Shown in pieces: positions 1 to 12,733 of a DNA stretch of 64,000 nt. This DNA comes from an uncultured Actinomycetota bacterium. Lineage in GTDB: Bacteria; Actinomycetota; Actinomycetes; Propionibacteriales; Propionibacteriaceae. Within the stretch, counting starts at the first letter, position 1. Every line of letters starts with the position of its first letter. The translations under genes and the position numbers were made by a program. The stretch spans positions 266,578 to 330,577 of the forward strand of contig CAWCOM010000010.1 in assembly GCA_963797165.1 (NCBI GenBank). Direction: 5' to 3'. The notes beneath the pieces are model-generated. The model was not told the origin of the DNA, did not search any database, and was given only the letters and a program-made list of their open reading frames with translations.

Positions 1-69
1 ATCTGCGGCTGACCGGAGGCAACGGCGAGACGGGCGGGCGCCGCCCGGTTCACTTTCTTGTCGGATTCC

Positions 70-660
70 TCAGTAGATGCTCGTTGCCGGTCCGTCGATC
101 ACCAGCACCTGGCCGTCGCTCAGCGACCAGTAGGGCTGACCCTCGGTCTCGTACTTCGCGGCGACTTGAGACAGCAGGGCGGTCTCGGGATGGTGCGGTG
201 AGTTGAGGTGCGGGACCACGGGCCGATCGAGGACGGCGAGCCCGTCGTGACGAACGTCTCCGTAGATGGCGCGGCACGCGTACGGTGGGTCGCACAGCTC
301 GAGCGCGGACAGGCTCGGCGCGAGCACGCAGGGCCCAGCGCTGAGTCCGGCGTAGACGAACGGGTCTGCAGCCAGGCCCTCGACGACGACCCGGTCCAGC
401 CCGGACTTCGCGAGCGCCATCCGGAGCGTGAAGACGTTGCCCCCGCGCACCCAGACGAAGTCAGGACGACCGAACGCTGTGCGGATGTGGGCCGGGTCGA
501 GCTCGCGAAGGTCGAGGTCGCCCGCGTGCAGCCCGAGGGAGGCGAGGGTCTCGATCTGCAGCTTGGTGTCGGTCCTACGCCGGTCCTCGTCGGCACCGTC
601 GAGCGCGTTCGCCACCACCCATCCGCGTCGACCGCCGCAGCCGACCGAACTGACCTGCAC
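70..660 (-). CDS. Peptidase E / type 1 glutamine amidotransferase-like protein (peptidase S51 family); start uncertain
   Basis: Motifs VVANALD, WVRGGNVFTL, YAGLSAG (nucleophile elbow), VVPHLNS. The ORF-track start (762) overlaps the dnaK promoter; in-frame GTG at 660 is more plausible and the N-terminus looks short for the family. Confidence 0.7.
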   Translation of the reverse strand: MQVSSVGCGGRRGWVVANALDGADEDRRRTDTKLQIETLASLGLHAGDLDLRELDPAHIRTAFGRPDFVWVRGGNVFTLRMALAKSGLDRVVVEGLAADPFVYAGLSAGPCVLAPSLSALELCDPPYACRAIYGDVRHDGLAVLDRPVVPHLNSPHHPETALLSQVAAKYETEGQPYWSLSDGQVLVIDGPATSIY

Positions 661-690
661 GCATCGGGGAACAACCGCGCCACGCCCAGG

Positions 691-711
691 GTTGAGTCTG
701 GTGCACTCAAC
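691..711. promoter_or_regulatory. HAIR (HspR operator) 1 upstream of dnaK
   Basis: GTTGAGT-N7-ACTCAAC, a perfect inverted repeat matching the HAIR consensus CTTGAGT-N7-ACTCAAG; hspR is in the downstream operon. Confidence 0.9.
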
Positions 712-717
712 TACTAA

Positions 718-738
718 GCTGAGCGTTGCAGACTCAAG
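718..738. promoter_or_regulatory. HAIR (HspR operator) 2 upstream of dnaK
   Basis: GCTGAGC-N7-ACTCAAG; right half identical to the consensus. Confidence 0.8.
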
Positions 739-761
739 TTCAACCCCTGGAGGAACACACA

Positions 762-2645
762 ATGGCTCGTGCAGTCGGGATCGACCTCGGAACCACCAAC
801 TCCGTCGTCGCCGTGCTCGAAGGTGGGGAGCCCACCGTCATTCCGAACGCCGAGGGATCGCGGACCACGCCCTCGGTGGTCGCCTTTGCCAAGGGCGGTG
901 AGGTGCTCGTCGGCGAGGTCGCCAAGCGCCAGGCCGTCACGAACGTGGACCGCACCATCAGGTCGGTCAAGCGCCATATGGGCACGGACTGGACCGTCAA
1001 GATCGACGACAAGACCTATCGCCCGCAGCAGATCAGCGCGTTCGTGCTGCAGAAGCTGAAGCGGGACGCGGAGGCCTACCTGGGTGAGACGGTCACCAAC
1101 GCCGTGATCACCGTGCCGGCGTACTTCTCCGACGCCGAGCGTCAGGCCACCAAGGAGGCGGGCGAGATCGCGGGCCTCAAGGTGGACCGGATCATCAACG
1201 AGCCGACCGCGGCCGCGCTGGCGTACGGCCTGGACAAGTCCGGCTCGGAGCAGACCATCCTCGTCTTCGACCTCGGTGGCGGCACCTTCGACGTGTCTCT
1301 GCTGGAGATCGGCGACGGTGTCTTCGAGGTCAAGGCCACCAAGGGCGACAACCGCCTCGGTGGCGACGACTGGGACTCCCGCATCGTCGACTGGCTGGTC
1401 AAGCAGTTCAAGAACAAGAACGGCACCGACCTGAGCCAGGACAAGATCGCCCGGCAGCGCCTGCAGGAGGCGGCCGAAAAGGCGAAGATCGAGCTCAGCT
1501 CGGCGAGCGAGACCTCGATCAACCTGCCCTACATCACCCTCGGTGAGTCCGGCCCCCTCCACCTGGAGGAGAAGCTGACCCGCTCCGAGTTCCAGCGGCT
1601 CACCTCCGACCTGCTCGATCGTTGTCGCACTCCGTTCAACGCGGTGATCTCCGACGCCAGCATCAGCGTCGGCAAGATCGATCACGTGATCCTCGTCGGT
1701 GGCTCCACCCGGATGCCGGCCGTCGTCGATCTGGTCAAGGAGCTGACCGGCGGCAAGGAGCCCAACAAGAGCGTGAACCCGGACGAGGTCGTCGCGCTCG
1801 GCGCCAGCCTGCAGGCCGGTGTGCTGAAGGGTGAGGTCAAGGACGTCCTGCTGCTCGACGTGACCCCGCTGAGTCTCGGGATCGAGACCAAGGGTGGCGT
1901 GATGACCAAGATCATCGAGCGCAACACCACGATCCCGACCAAGCGGTCCGAGGTGTTCACCACGGCCGACGACAACCAGCCGTCGGTGATGATCCAGGTC
2001 TATCAGGGCGAGCGTGACTTCGCGAAGGACAACAAGTCCCTCGGCAACTTCGAGCTGACCGGCCTGCCGCCGGCTCCGCGCGGGGTTCCGCAGATCGAGG
2101 TCGCCTTCGACATCGACGCCAACGGCATCGTGCACGTGCACGCCAAGGACCTTGCCACCGGCAAGGAGCAGTCGATGCAGATCACCGGCGGTTCCGCACT
2201 GGGCAAGGACGACATCAACCGGATGGTGCAGGAGGCCGAGGCGCACGCCGAGGAGGACCGCAAGCGGCGCGAGGGTGTCGAGCTGCGTAACGAGGCCGAC
2301 AACCTGGTCTTCCGGACCGAGAAGCTGATCAGCGAGAACGAGGACAAGATCACCGACGACGTCAAGCAGCCGGTGGTCGAGGCGATCGCCGAGGTCAAGA
2401 CGGCGCTCGAGGGTGAGGACAACGACGCGGTCAAGGCGGCGGTGGAGAAGCTGAACACCACCAGTGCCGCGCTCGGCCAGGCGATGTACGCGGCCGCGGC
2501 CGCTCAGCAGGCGCCGTCCGAGGCCGGTGCACCGAGCGACAACGCCGAGGGCAATGGCTCCAGCTCTGCAGGTGGAGGCGCGTCCGATGAGGACGTGGTG
2601 GACGCCGAGATCGTCGACGACGAGACCTCGGGTGAGCGCAAGTGA
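762..2645 (+). CDS. dnaK: Chaperone DnaK (Hsp70)
   Basis: [39 protein letters not shown]; GGAGG RBS before ATG 762. Confidence 0.99.
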   Translation: MARAVGIDLGTTNSVVAVLEGGEPTVIPNAEGSRTTPSVVAFAKGGEVLVGEVAKRQAVTNVDRTIRSVKRHMGTDWTVKIDDKTYRPQQISAFVLQKLKRDAEAYLGETVTNAVITVPAYFSDAERQATKEAGEIAGLKVDRIINEPTAAALAYGLDKSGSEQTILVFDLGGGTFDVSLLEIGDGVFEVKATKGDNRLGGDDWDSRIVDWLVKQFKNKNGTDLSQDKIARQRLQEAAEKAKIELSSASETSINLPYITLGESGPLHLEEKLTRSEFQRLTSDLLDRCRTPFNAVISDASISVGKIDHVILVGGSTRMPAVVDLVKELTGGKEPNKSVNPDEVVALGASLQAGVLKGEVKDVLLLDVTPLSLGIETKGGVMTKIIERNTTIPTKRSEVFTTADDNQPSVMIQVYQGERDFAKDNKSLGNFELTGLPPAPRGVPQIEVAFDIDANGIVHVHAKDLATGKEQSMQITGGSALGKDDINRMVQEAEAHAEEDRKRREGVELRNEADNLVFRTEKLISENEDKITDDVKQPVVEAIAEVKTALEGEDNDAVKAAVEKLNTTSAALGQAMYAAAAAQQAPSEAGAPSDNAEGNGSSSAGGGASDEDVVDAEIVDDETSGERK

Positions 2646-3352
2646 CCCAGGCACCTGATCGGGAGCCGGAGGAGCAGCGGGGACCGACCATCCGCGACAA
2701 GCGGCGGATCGATCCCGACACGTACCAGGTTCGGGACCCGGCCGGCGCCGGGACCGCCCCGCGGGAGCCGCAGGAGACTGCGGCTCCCGCCGCGGGGACG
2801 GCTTCGGGGACACCCGGACAACCGGACGCACGTGACACGGAGCTGGCGCAGGCCAGGATCGACGTCGCGGAGCGTACGGCCGACCTGCAGCGACTCCAGG
2901 CCGAGTACGTCAACTACAAGCGACGAGTCGACCGCGACCGGGAGGTCTCGCGCGGCACTGGCATCGAGAGCGTCCTCAAGGACCTGCTCAATGTCGTCGA
3001 CGACATCCGGTCGGCTCGTGAGCACGAGGAGCTGACCGGCGGTTTCAAGGCGGTGGCCGAGGAGCTCGAGCGGGTCACCGCGAAGTACGGGCTCGAGACC
3101 TACGGCACCAAGGGCGACACGTTCGACCCGCACATCCACGAGGCACTGCTGCACATGCACGCCGACGGGATCACCGGGCCGACGTGTGTGGAGATCCTGC
3201 AGCCGGGTTACCGGATCAAGGACAAGATCATCCGGCCCGCCCGGGTGGCCGTTGCCGAGCCGGATCCGAACGCGCCGGTGGTCACCGATCCCGACGAGAA
3301 GTCCGAGACCGCGCCCGAGGCGGGTGCCGATGACGTCGCGTCTGGCGACTGA
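2642..3352 (+). CDS. grpE: Nucleotide exchange factor GrpE
   Basis: [44 protein letters not shown]; GTGA overlap with dnaK stop. Confidence 0.97.
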   Translation: MTQAPDREPEEQRGPTIRDKRRIDPDTYQVRDPAGAGTAPREPQETAAPAAGTASGTPGQPDARDTELAQARIDVAERTADLQRLQAEYVNYKRRVDRDREVSRGTGIESVLKDLLNVVDDIRSAREHEELTGGFKAVAEELERVTAKYGLETYGTKGDTFDPHIHEALLHMHADGITGPTCVEILQPGYRIKDKIIRPARVAVAEPDPNAPVVTDPDEKSETAPEAGADDVASGD

Positions 3353-3373
3353 TCACGACGAGGGGAGGCGCTG

Positions 3374-4544
3374 GTGAGCACCAAGGACTGGATCGAGAAG
3401 GACTTCTACAAGGTCCTCGGCGTCGCCAAGGATGCCAAGCCCGAGGAGATCAAGAAGGCCTATCGGAAGCTGGCCCGGGACAACCACCCGGACCAGAACC
3501 CGGGGAATCCTGAAGCAGAGCAGCGTTTCAAGGAGATCTCCGAGGCCAACGACGTGCTGTCGGATGAGAAGAAGCGCAAGGAGTACGACGAAGCGCGCAG
3601 CCTCTTCGGGGGCGGTGGATTCCGCTTCCCCCGCGGCAACTCCAGCGGCGGCCCGTCTGTCGACGACCTGTTCCGCAACGCCTCCGGCGACGGCGGCGGC
3701 CTCGGCGACATCTTCGGCGGACTGTTCGGCGGTGGTGGGGCTCCGGGAACTCGTACGGCTCAGCGGTTCAGCACGAGCCGCGGTCCGAGGCGTGGTAGCG
3801 ACGTCGAGGGTGAGGTGACGGTCGACTTCCTGCAGGCGGTCGACGGCACCACCGTCGGGATGCAGATGGTCTCCGACGCTGCATGTACGGCGTGCCACGG
3901 CACCGGCGCGAAAGCCGGCACGGTGCCACACGTCTGCCCCACCTGTGAGGGCAGCGGCATGCAGACCTCGACGTCGGGCGGTGTCTTCCAGGTCACCGAA
4001 CCGTGTCGGGACTGTCGTGGTCGCGGCATGATCGTCGACGATCCCTGCCCGGTCTGCCACGGCTCCGGCCGCGGCAAGTCGACCAAGACGATGCAGGTGC
4101 GGATCCCGGCCGGCGTCACCGATGGCCAGCGGATCCGGCTGAAGGGCCGGGGCGGTGCCGGTGAGAACGGCGGCGCGCCCGGCGACCTGTACGTGATCGT
4201 GCACGTCCGCCCGCACCCGGTCTTCGGGCGCCGCGACGACAATCTGACGCTCACCGCTCCGGTGACCTTCGCCGAGGCTGCGCTGGGTGCGGAGATCGAG
4301 GTGCCGACGCTGGGCGGTCCCGTCGGTCAAGCTCCGCGTTCCCGCGGGAACGCCGAACGGACGTACGTTCCGGGTCAGGGGCAAGGGTGTCACCAAGCGG
4401 GACGGCACCAAGGGCGATCTGCTGGTGACGGTCGACGTCGTCGTACCTGCAGGACTGACCGACGAGCAACGAGCCGCGCTCACCTCGTTCGCGGACTCGG
4501 TCGGCGCCGAGAACCCGCGGGCCAAGCTGTTCAGCACGGCCTGA
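3374..4544 (+). CDS. dnaJ: Chaperone DnaJ; +1 frameshift at about 4319-4321
   Basis: J domain with HPD and four CxxCxGxG repeats. The C-terminal domain ([22 protein letters not shown]...GDLLVTV) continues in another frame to TGA 4544. Confidence 0.93.
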
Positions 4545-4557
4545 GGGGAGTCGGGAC

Positions 4558-5049
4558 ATGCCCAGCACTCCTCGCTCCGGCAACAGGCCCCGGCCGAGCG
4601 CAGCTCGGCCGGAGAGTGCCGACGCAGGCTCGCAGCTCCCGCAGCCGTTCGATCGCGATGCTCCCGTGTTCGTCATCTCCGTGGCGGCCCAGCTCGCCGG
4701 AATGCACCCGCAGACTCTGCGGACGTACGACCGGATGGGGCTGGTCTCGCCACGGCGGACGGCGAAGCGCGGTCGCCGCTACTCCGCCCGCGATGTCGGC
4801 ATGCTGCGGATGATCCAACGGCTCAGCCAGGACGAGGGCGTCAACCTCGAGGGCATTCGTCGGATCCTCGCGATGGAACGGGAGATGGAGACCCTCCGAG
4901 CCCAGGTGACCGAGCTGGCACAGCTCCTTGCCGCGGCTCGGCAGGCTCCGCCGTCGGCGCGAGTCTTCACCGCCGACCCGACGGGTGGCGTCCACCTGGG
5001 CGGCTCCGGGCTCCGGCGGACGAGCCCCCGCGCGATCACCTCTCGCTGA
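4558..5049 (+). CDS. hspR: MerR-family heat-shock repressor HspR
   Basis: [42 protein letters not shown]; canonical position after dnaJ; HAIR boxes present. Confidence 0.95.
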   Translation: MPSTPRSGNRPRPSAARPESADAGSQLPQPFDRDAPVFVISVAAQLAGMHPQTLRTYDRMGLVSPRRTAKRGRRYSARDVGMLRMIQRLSQDEGVNLEGIRRILAMEREMETLRAQVTELAQLLAAARQAPPSARVFTADPTGGVHLGGSGLRRTSPRAITSR

Positions 5050-5165
5050 CCGCCCACTTCGCGGAGGGACACGCGCGGCCGGGCCTCGGCCAAACCAGAG
5101 ATGTTTGTGTGAAAAGGTCGGCGGGGCCGGGGTCGGCCGGGCTCGCACTCGATAAGTTGACGTCC

Positions 5166-5858
5166 GTGACCGCCCCTGCAGCCGATGCGTCGCTGGTCCG
5201 TGTCGTCGTGGCCGACGATCAGGCCCTGATTCGCGGGGGCATCGTGATGGTGCTCGGCGCGAGCCAGCAGATCCAGGTGGTCGGTCAGGCGACTAACGGA
5301 GCCGAGGCGGTGGCGGTCGCCGGCGAGCTCCGGCCCGATGTCGTGATCATGGACCTGAAGATGCCCGGCATGGACGGGATCGAGGCCACCAAGGTGCTGG
5401 TCGAGAACACGACGGGGGGCGACGACGTGATGAAGGTGCTCGTGCTCACGACGTTCAACGACGACGAGTCAGTGTTCGGTGCGCTGCGGGCGGGGGCCAG
5501 CGGTTTCCTGGTGAAGGACGAGGCGCCGATCCACCTCATCGACGCAGTGCTTGCGATCGCCGCCGGGAACTCCTGGATCGACCCTTCGGTGACCGGTCAG
5601 GTGATCAAGGCGATCTCCGCGAGCCCGAGGGTCGGCGTCGGCGCCGGTGGGCGGTTGGCGGCGTTGACGCCTCGTGAACGCGAGGTGCTGGTGCTGATGG
5701 CGCACGGGATGTCGAACGGCGACATCACCCGGGAGCTGTTCCTCAGCGAGGCAACCGTACGGACGCACGTCTCCCGGATCCTGATGAAGACCGGGTCTCG
5801 CGATCGTACGGAAGCGGTTGTCCTGGCATACCAGTCGCGCTTGGTGCAACCGGGCTGA
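5166..5858 (+). CDS. NarL/LuxR-family response regulator
   Basis: VVVADDQALIRGG, DVVIMDLKMPGMDG, GASGFLVKD, LTPREREVL...SNGDI HTH; TAAGTT -10 box 7 nt before GTG 5166. Confidence 0.93.
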   Translation: MTAPAADASLVRVVVADDQALIRGGIVMVLGASQQIQVVGQATNGAEAVAVAGELRPDVVIMDLKMPGMDGIEATKVLVENTTGGDDVMKVLVLTTFNDDESVFGALRAGASGFLVKDEAPIHLIDAVLAIAAGNSWIDPSVTGQVIKAISASPRVGVGAGGRLAALTPREREVLVLMAHGMSNGDITRELFLSEATVRTHVSRILMKTGSRDRTEAVVLAYQSRLVQPG

Positions 5859-5913
5859 GACGTGCGCACGATTACCGTTGGGCTCGTCCGGGGTCCGGCT
5901 GGATAATGGCGCC

Positions 5914-6420
5914 GTGCCTACCACGGTCGAGGTCTACCGCGTCGAGTCCGACAACACCACCGGCCCGTTTCTCGGGTTCGGTTCGCTGCTCGATCCCGCA
6001 GTGATCTTTCTCCATCCCTCCGCCACGGTTGCGAAGCCGTCCGGGCCGGTCCAGCCGGAGCCCGATGGACCCGAGGTGCGTGCCCGTTGCCGGATCCGGA
6101 CCGATGCGGCCCTGCTCACCATCGACGGCAAGATCCTGCCGGCGCCCGCAGAGGTGAGCGGCACGGCGCCCGTCGCGGTCGAGCTCGACGTGGCGTACGC
6201 GGGTGACATCGACGATGTCGAAGTCCCCCAGGGACCCGGCCACCCCACGGCCGACGAGGCGGCCGAGGCCGTGCTGGCCTTCGTCACCGAAGCGGCCCGC
6301 AACGATCCGCCCACGCCGACCGCTCCGCCACCGGTCGGCCCGGACGTCGACAGCTATCGTCCTCACCCGGGCAGGCGGCCGTGGTACTGCGTGATCTGCC
6401 CCGGCGCCTTCGGCTGCTGA
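5914..6420 (+). CDS. Hypothetical 168-aa protein ending in WYCVICPGAFGC
   Basis: Strong G/C third-position bias throughout, including the Cys tail; GATAAT -10 box (5902-5907) 6 nt before GTG 5914. Confidence 0.75.
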   Translation: MPTTVEVYRVESDNTTGPFLGFGSLLDPAVIFLHPSATVAKPSGPVQPEPDGPEVRARCRIRTDAALLTIDGKILPAPAEVSGTAPVAVELDVAYAGDIDDVEVPQGPGHPTADEAAEAVLAFVTEAARNDPPTPTAPPPVGPDVDSYRPHPGRRPWYCVICPGAFGC

Positions 6421-7568
6421 TCCCGCGCGGGGGTCTTCGCCGACGGTTGTTCTCCGTCGCCGATGCCGCGCTACTGATCGTCGCGGCCGTCGTCGACCTC
6501 GCGCTCTGGGGCCTCCACGCCGAGGTCCGCGGCTCAGGAGTCCGGCTACCGATTCCCGTCGTGCTGATCACGACGGTGCTCGTGTTCGGCTCTCTGCTGC
6601 TCCGTCGCCGATATCCGTGGCCCTGCTACGCGATCGCATGGTCGTACTCGATCGGCTGGTCGCTGACGCTGCCCTACTACCAGCCGTTCATGGCGCTGTT
6701 GATCGCGCTGTACGCCGTCGCCCGGCATCGCGATCTTCGTGAGGCGGTTCTCGCCCTGCTCGCCGTCGTTCCGGCGATCGTGATCGCCTCGTACAACACG
6801 GCGACCCTGAACCCGCGTGGCGACACCGGAACGGCAGTGACCGTCCTGGTCTGGTGCGTGCTGTACGGCATGGTCTGGACGATTGCCCGCTTCGCCTGGT
6901 CTGCCGCGCGAGCCGCGGAGCTGCGCGAGGCCACACGGGCGGCCGAGGCCGCGCTGGCCTTGGCCGACGAGCGACTGAGGCTCGCCCGCGAGCTGCACGA
7001 CATCGTGGCGCACTCGGTGACCGGGATCGTGCTGCAGGCAGCAGGCGTACGTCGGAACCGAGCCGCCGGCGAGGACCAGCTGCGCGGCAGCCTCGAGCTG
7101 ATCGAGCGGACCGGAACCCAGGCCATGCGCGAACTGCGCAGCCTGCTCGGTCTGCTGCGGACGCCCGACGGTGACCGCCCCGGTGCGAGTCTGGCCGAGC
7201 TCGGTCAGCTGGTCGAGCTGACCGAGGCGTGCCAGATCGCCGTCGAGGTTCGGCAGTCGGGCGAACCCCGACAGCTGACACCGGAACTCGATCATGTCGC
7301 GTTCCGGGTGATCCAGGAGTCGCTGGCGAACGTGATCAAGCACGGCGGCCGAGGCTCGACCGTGAACGTCGCCCTTGCCTGGGAGCCGGCGGTGCTCCGG
7401 GTCGACGTCAGCAACCGATCGGGGGAGGGTCCTGCGGCAGGTCTGCCCACCGAGCACTCCGGGCTCGGTCTCCGCGGTCTGAAGGAGCGATTGCAGGCAG
7501 CGGGCGGTGAACTGTTCGCCGGACCGGAGGCCGGCGGCTTTCGCGTGACGGCTCGACTCCCCGGCTGA
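6381..7568 (+). CDS. Membrane sensor histidine kinase (HisKA_3/NarX-type); true start probably downstream (e.g. TTG 6447)
   Basis: Several TM segments, ERLRLARELHDIVAHSV (H box), VIQESLANVIKH (N box), SGLGLRGLKERL, GGFRVTARLP. Confidence 0.9.
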   Translation: MVLRDLPRRLRLLIPRGGLRRRLFSVADAALLIVAAVVDLALWGLHAEVRGSGVRLPIPVVLITTVLVFGSLLLRRRYPWPCYAIAWSYSIGWSLTLPYYQPFMALLIALYAVARHRDLREAVLALLAVVPAIVIASYNTATLNPRGDTGTAVTVLVWCVLYGMVWTIARFAWSAARAAELREATRAAEAALALADERLRLARELHDIVAHSVTGIVLQAAGVRRNRAAGEDQLRGSLELIERTGTQAMRELRSLLGLLRTPDGDRPGASLAELGQLVELTEACQIAVEVRQSGEPRQLTPELDHVAFRVIQESLANVIKHGGRGSTVNVALAWEPAVLRVDVSNRSGEGPAAGLPTEHSGLGLRGLKERLQAAGGELFAGPEAGGFRVTARLPG

Positions 7569-7593
7569 CTGCTGCCGTCACGAGGTAGCAGTC
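7567..7593 (+). terminator. Stem-loop after kinase stop
   Basis: GACTGCTGCC-N7-GGTAGCAGTC directly at the stop codon. Confidence 0.55.
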
Positions 7594-7793
7594 GGCGCCT
7601 GCGTAGCTGCGCGCGGCTGCGACTTCGATGTCGAGAGGGAGGTTGCCAGGGCCCGATGTCGAAGACACCACGAAGAGCTGGCAGAGGCAGTCCGTATCGC
7701 GCGCCCGCGACGCCAGTTCGGGTGACGCTCCAGGCTCATCGGAGCATCGGAATGTGCAACCGAACTCCGGCACGCCCAGCACCCGCGCAGGCC

Positions 7794-7825
7794 GACGCCG
7801 CCGGTCGAGAGAAACCGGCGGCGTC
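7794..7825 (-). terminator. Stem-loop downstream of the GlsB/YeaQ/YmgE gene
   Basis: Perfect 12-bp inverted repeat GACGCCGCCGGT-N8-ACCGGCGGCGTC just after the stop at 7838. Confidence 0.6.
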
Positions 7826-7837
7826 AGGGGCTTCGGC

Positions 7838-8110
7838 CTATGCCCGCTTCGACGTGTTCCGCCCGGTGACCGTGGATGCGATGACCACCAGCACGGCGGC
7901 GACCACGATGGCGATGATCCATCGGGTCCAGTCGACTCCAGGGCTCCCGTTGCCGCCGAACAGCGTATAGATCCACCAGCCGATGAGTACGCCACCGATC
8001 CCACAGATCAGTGTCAGCCACAGCGGGATGTTGTCCTTGTTTCCCGGAGCGACGAATTTACCGAGCAATCCGATGACGATGCCTGCGATGATGACCCCGA
8101 TGATTTCCAT
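7838..8110 (-). CDS. GlsB/YeaQ/YmgE family stress-response membrane protein
   Basis: IIAGIVIGLLGKFVAPG...IPLWLTLICGIGGVLIG, three hydrophobic helices; AGGAAAGGA RBS. Confidence 0.88.
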   Translation of the reverse strand: MEIIGVIIAGIVIGLLGKFVAPGNKDNIPLWLTLICGIGGVLIGWWIYTLFGGNGSPGVDWTRWIIAIVVAAVLVVIASTVTGRNTSKRA

Positions 8111-8208
8111 CTTCATTTCCTTTCCTGACGGTAATCTCCAACATCGAACGTATACCCGCCGATCGCGGCGCCAATCAACATGGCATTAGTTCTCGGGGCG
8201 TCGGAAGA

Positions 8209-8805
8209 CTACGGCTGTGTAGGTATGCCGCCCCTTCCGAGCACGACGGGGCGGTGCTCTTCGCCGGTGGTGGGCACCCACTTGGGTTCCCCTCGACGAT
8301 GGCTCCATACGTCTCGGATGATCACCTGGATGATTCCCGCGACGGGAATGGAAAGCAGCGCGCCGAGGATGCCCGCAGGTCGACGCCGACCAGGATGGCG
8401 ACGAGCACGGCAAGCGGGTTCAACTTGACGGTCCGGGACAGGATCAGTGGCTGGAGCACGTGGTTCTCGAGCTGCTGGTAGGCGACGAAGAAGACCACGG
8501 TGACGATCAATGCCGTGACGGAGTGTGTGCCGGCGGCGATGATGGCCACCACCGCACCGAGAGTGGCGCCGATCAACGGGATCAGGTCGGCGACGGCGAC
8601 GAAGAGTGCAATGAGTCCGGCGAACGGCACTCCGACGATCTTCAGGGTGCCGTAGGTGAGGCCGCCGCAGATGATACTGATCAACAGATTGCCGCAGCTC
8701 GTACACCAGGAGCAGCGCGAGCGCAGTCAGCAGGACGAGAGCAATGGTGACGACGATGGTGCGGACCGGCACGACCGGTCGCGGACGAGTGGCAGAAGCA
8801 GACAT
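8209..8805 (-). pseudogene. AI-2E family transporter, internally deleted and frameshifted
   Basis: The N-terminal TM (VVTIALVLLTALALLLVYELRQ) joins out of frame to GNLLISIICG...DLIPLIGATLG...YQQLENHVLQPLILSRTVKLNPLAVLVAILVG; a second shift at about 8376 leads to GILGALLSIPVAGII. Confidence 0.85.
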
Positions 8806-8954
8806 GTTCGCGGTGCCTCCAGACTTCACGGGAGGGGTGCTCGCCCTGTACCACCGCAGCGCCACGCCCGTGAGGGCCGCCGGCGTGCGGCGCGGTTGCT
8901 CGACCACAGCGACACTTCCCAGCCGGTTTGGCGTGCAAACGTACCTACCCGAAG

Positions 8955-8980
8955 GCTGATCACCCCCGGAGGTGATCAGC
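8955..8980. promoter_or_regulatory. Perfect inverted repeat upstream of the AI-2E gene (operator or stem-loop)
   Basis: GCTGATCACC-N6-GGTGATCAGC. Confidence 0.35.
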
Positions 8981-9264
8981 GCTCGACCGAGGAGCCTCCC
9001 AGCTGTCCTCCCGGTCGCGGCGGGCCACGGTCGTCGTCATCCTTCCGTGTCCCGCGACTCGTGCAAGGTGTGAGTCCGTCAACGACTAAAACGAGTCGTC
9101 CTGGGTATGGGATGGTGACGGTGGTGCCGTCGAGAGCACGCCCAGGTGGGCTCGTCACCTGGCTGGCTCGCCGTCCACCGCGAGCCGAGATGTCAGTGGA
9201 GGTTGGTCGGGCGTCCCACCGGGGATGGCTTCTGGTGCGGGTCGTTCGGTAGAACGGAGGCTTC

Positions 9265-9804
9265 ATGAACGACGATCATCCATTGGAGAGCGGTCACCGT
9301 GAGTCCAAGCGTCCGCGGTCGCTGCTGGCCGGCACGTACGGCCACCCGGTTCACCCGATCGTGGTGACCCTGCCGATCGGCGCGTGGGTGTGTGCCCTGG
9401 TGTTCGACCTGGCGTCCTACGGCAGTTCCGCGCCGCACAGCTGGGCCGTCGGTGCGATGTGGCTGACCTTGGTCGGTGTGATCGGGGCAGCGCTGGCCGC
9501 AGTCTTCGGCGTGATGGACCTCCTGACCTTGCCCCGGCACACCAGGGTCTTCGCGACCGGACGGATGCACGCCGTGCTGAACTCCACCGCACTGGTGATC
9601 TTCCTGATCAGCTTCATCTGGCGATACCGGAGCAGCGGATCTTGGGAAGCGGCTCCGGTTGGTCCGCTCATCCTCAGCATCGTCGGGCTGGCTGTCGTCG
9701 GCGCCTCGGGCTTCCTCGGTGGCAAACTCGCTTACCACTATGGGGTTCGCGTGGCCGACGAGTCGGTGCAGGCCGAGGGCTTCCGCGGAGCATCCGGGGG
9801 CTGA
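9265..9804 (+). CDS. DUF2231 family membrane protein
   Basis: GHPVHPIVVTLPIGAW, HAVLN, GFLGGKLAYHYGVRV. Confidence 0.88.
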   Translation: MNDDHPLESGHRESKRPRSLLAGTYGHPVHPIVVTLPIGAWVCALVFDLASYGSSAPHSWAVGAMWLTLVGVIGAALAAVFGVMDLLTLPRHTRVFATGRMHAVLNSTALVIFLISFIWRYRSSGSWEAAPVGPLILSIVGLAVVGASGFLGGKLAYHYGVRVADESVQAEGFRGASGG

Positions 9805-9992
9805 GCGCCTCTGTGGCCGGCAACACCGACGCCCTTTGCGAGCTCTCCTGGGACGACTCCCGGAAGAGATCAGGTCCATGCTCCTCCGCTCTACCTCGCT
9901 GTGTTCGCCCCGCCGATGATCTGCCCGTGCCGAGAGGGGGCGAATACAGGCCGGCGGTGGGAGTTGGCAATCGAGTGCCGAGGCCGTACAGA

Positions 9993-10013
9993 GTTGAGCC
10001 CTGAACGCTCAAC
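9993..10013. promoter_or_regulatory. HAIR 1 upstream of clpB
   Basis: GTTGAGC-N7-GCTCAAC, perfect inverted repeat. Confidence 0.85.
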
Positions 10014-10038
10014 CCGGAATAGCCTCTTCGCAAGCAGA

Positions 10039-10059
10039 GTTGAGCCCAGTAGACTCAAC
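10039..10059. promoter_or_regulatory. HAIR 2 upstream of clpB
   Basis: GTTGAGC-N7-ACTCAAC; clpB is an established HspR target. Confidence 0.85.
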
Positions 10060-10088
10060 TCAGTTCGGAGCACACTCGAAGGACCTGT

Positions 10089-12686
<2,598 letters not shown>

Positions 12687-12733
12687 CGTTCTTGGGGGTC
12701 ATCTGGCAGGGGATCCTGGCGCCGACCCCAAGA

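Noticed and set aside
5050-5130. Possible fifth, degenerate family A element after hspR (CCGCCCACTTCGC...GAAAAGGTCGGCGG)
   Set aside because: Only partial arm similarity and no clean palindrome; too weak to call.
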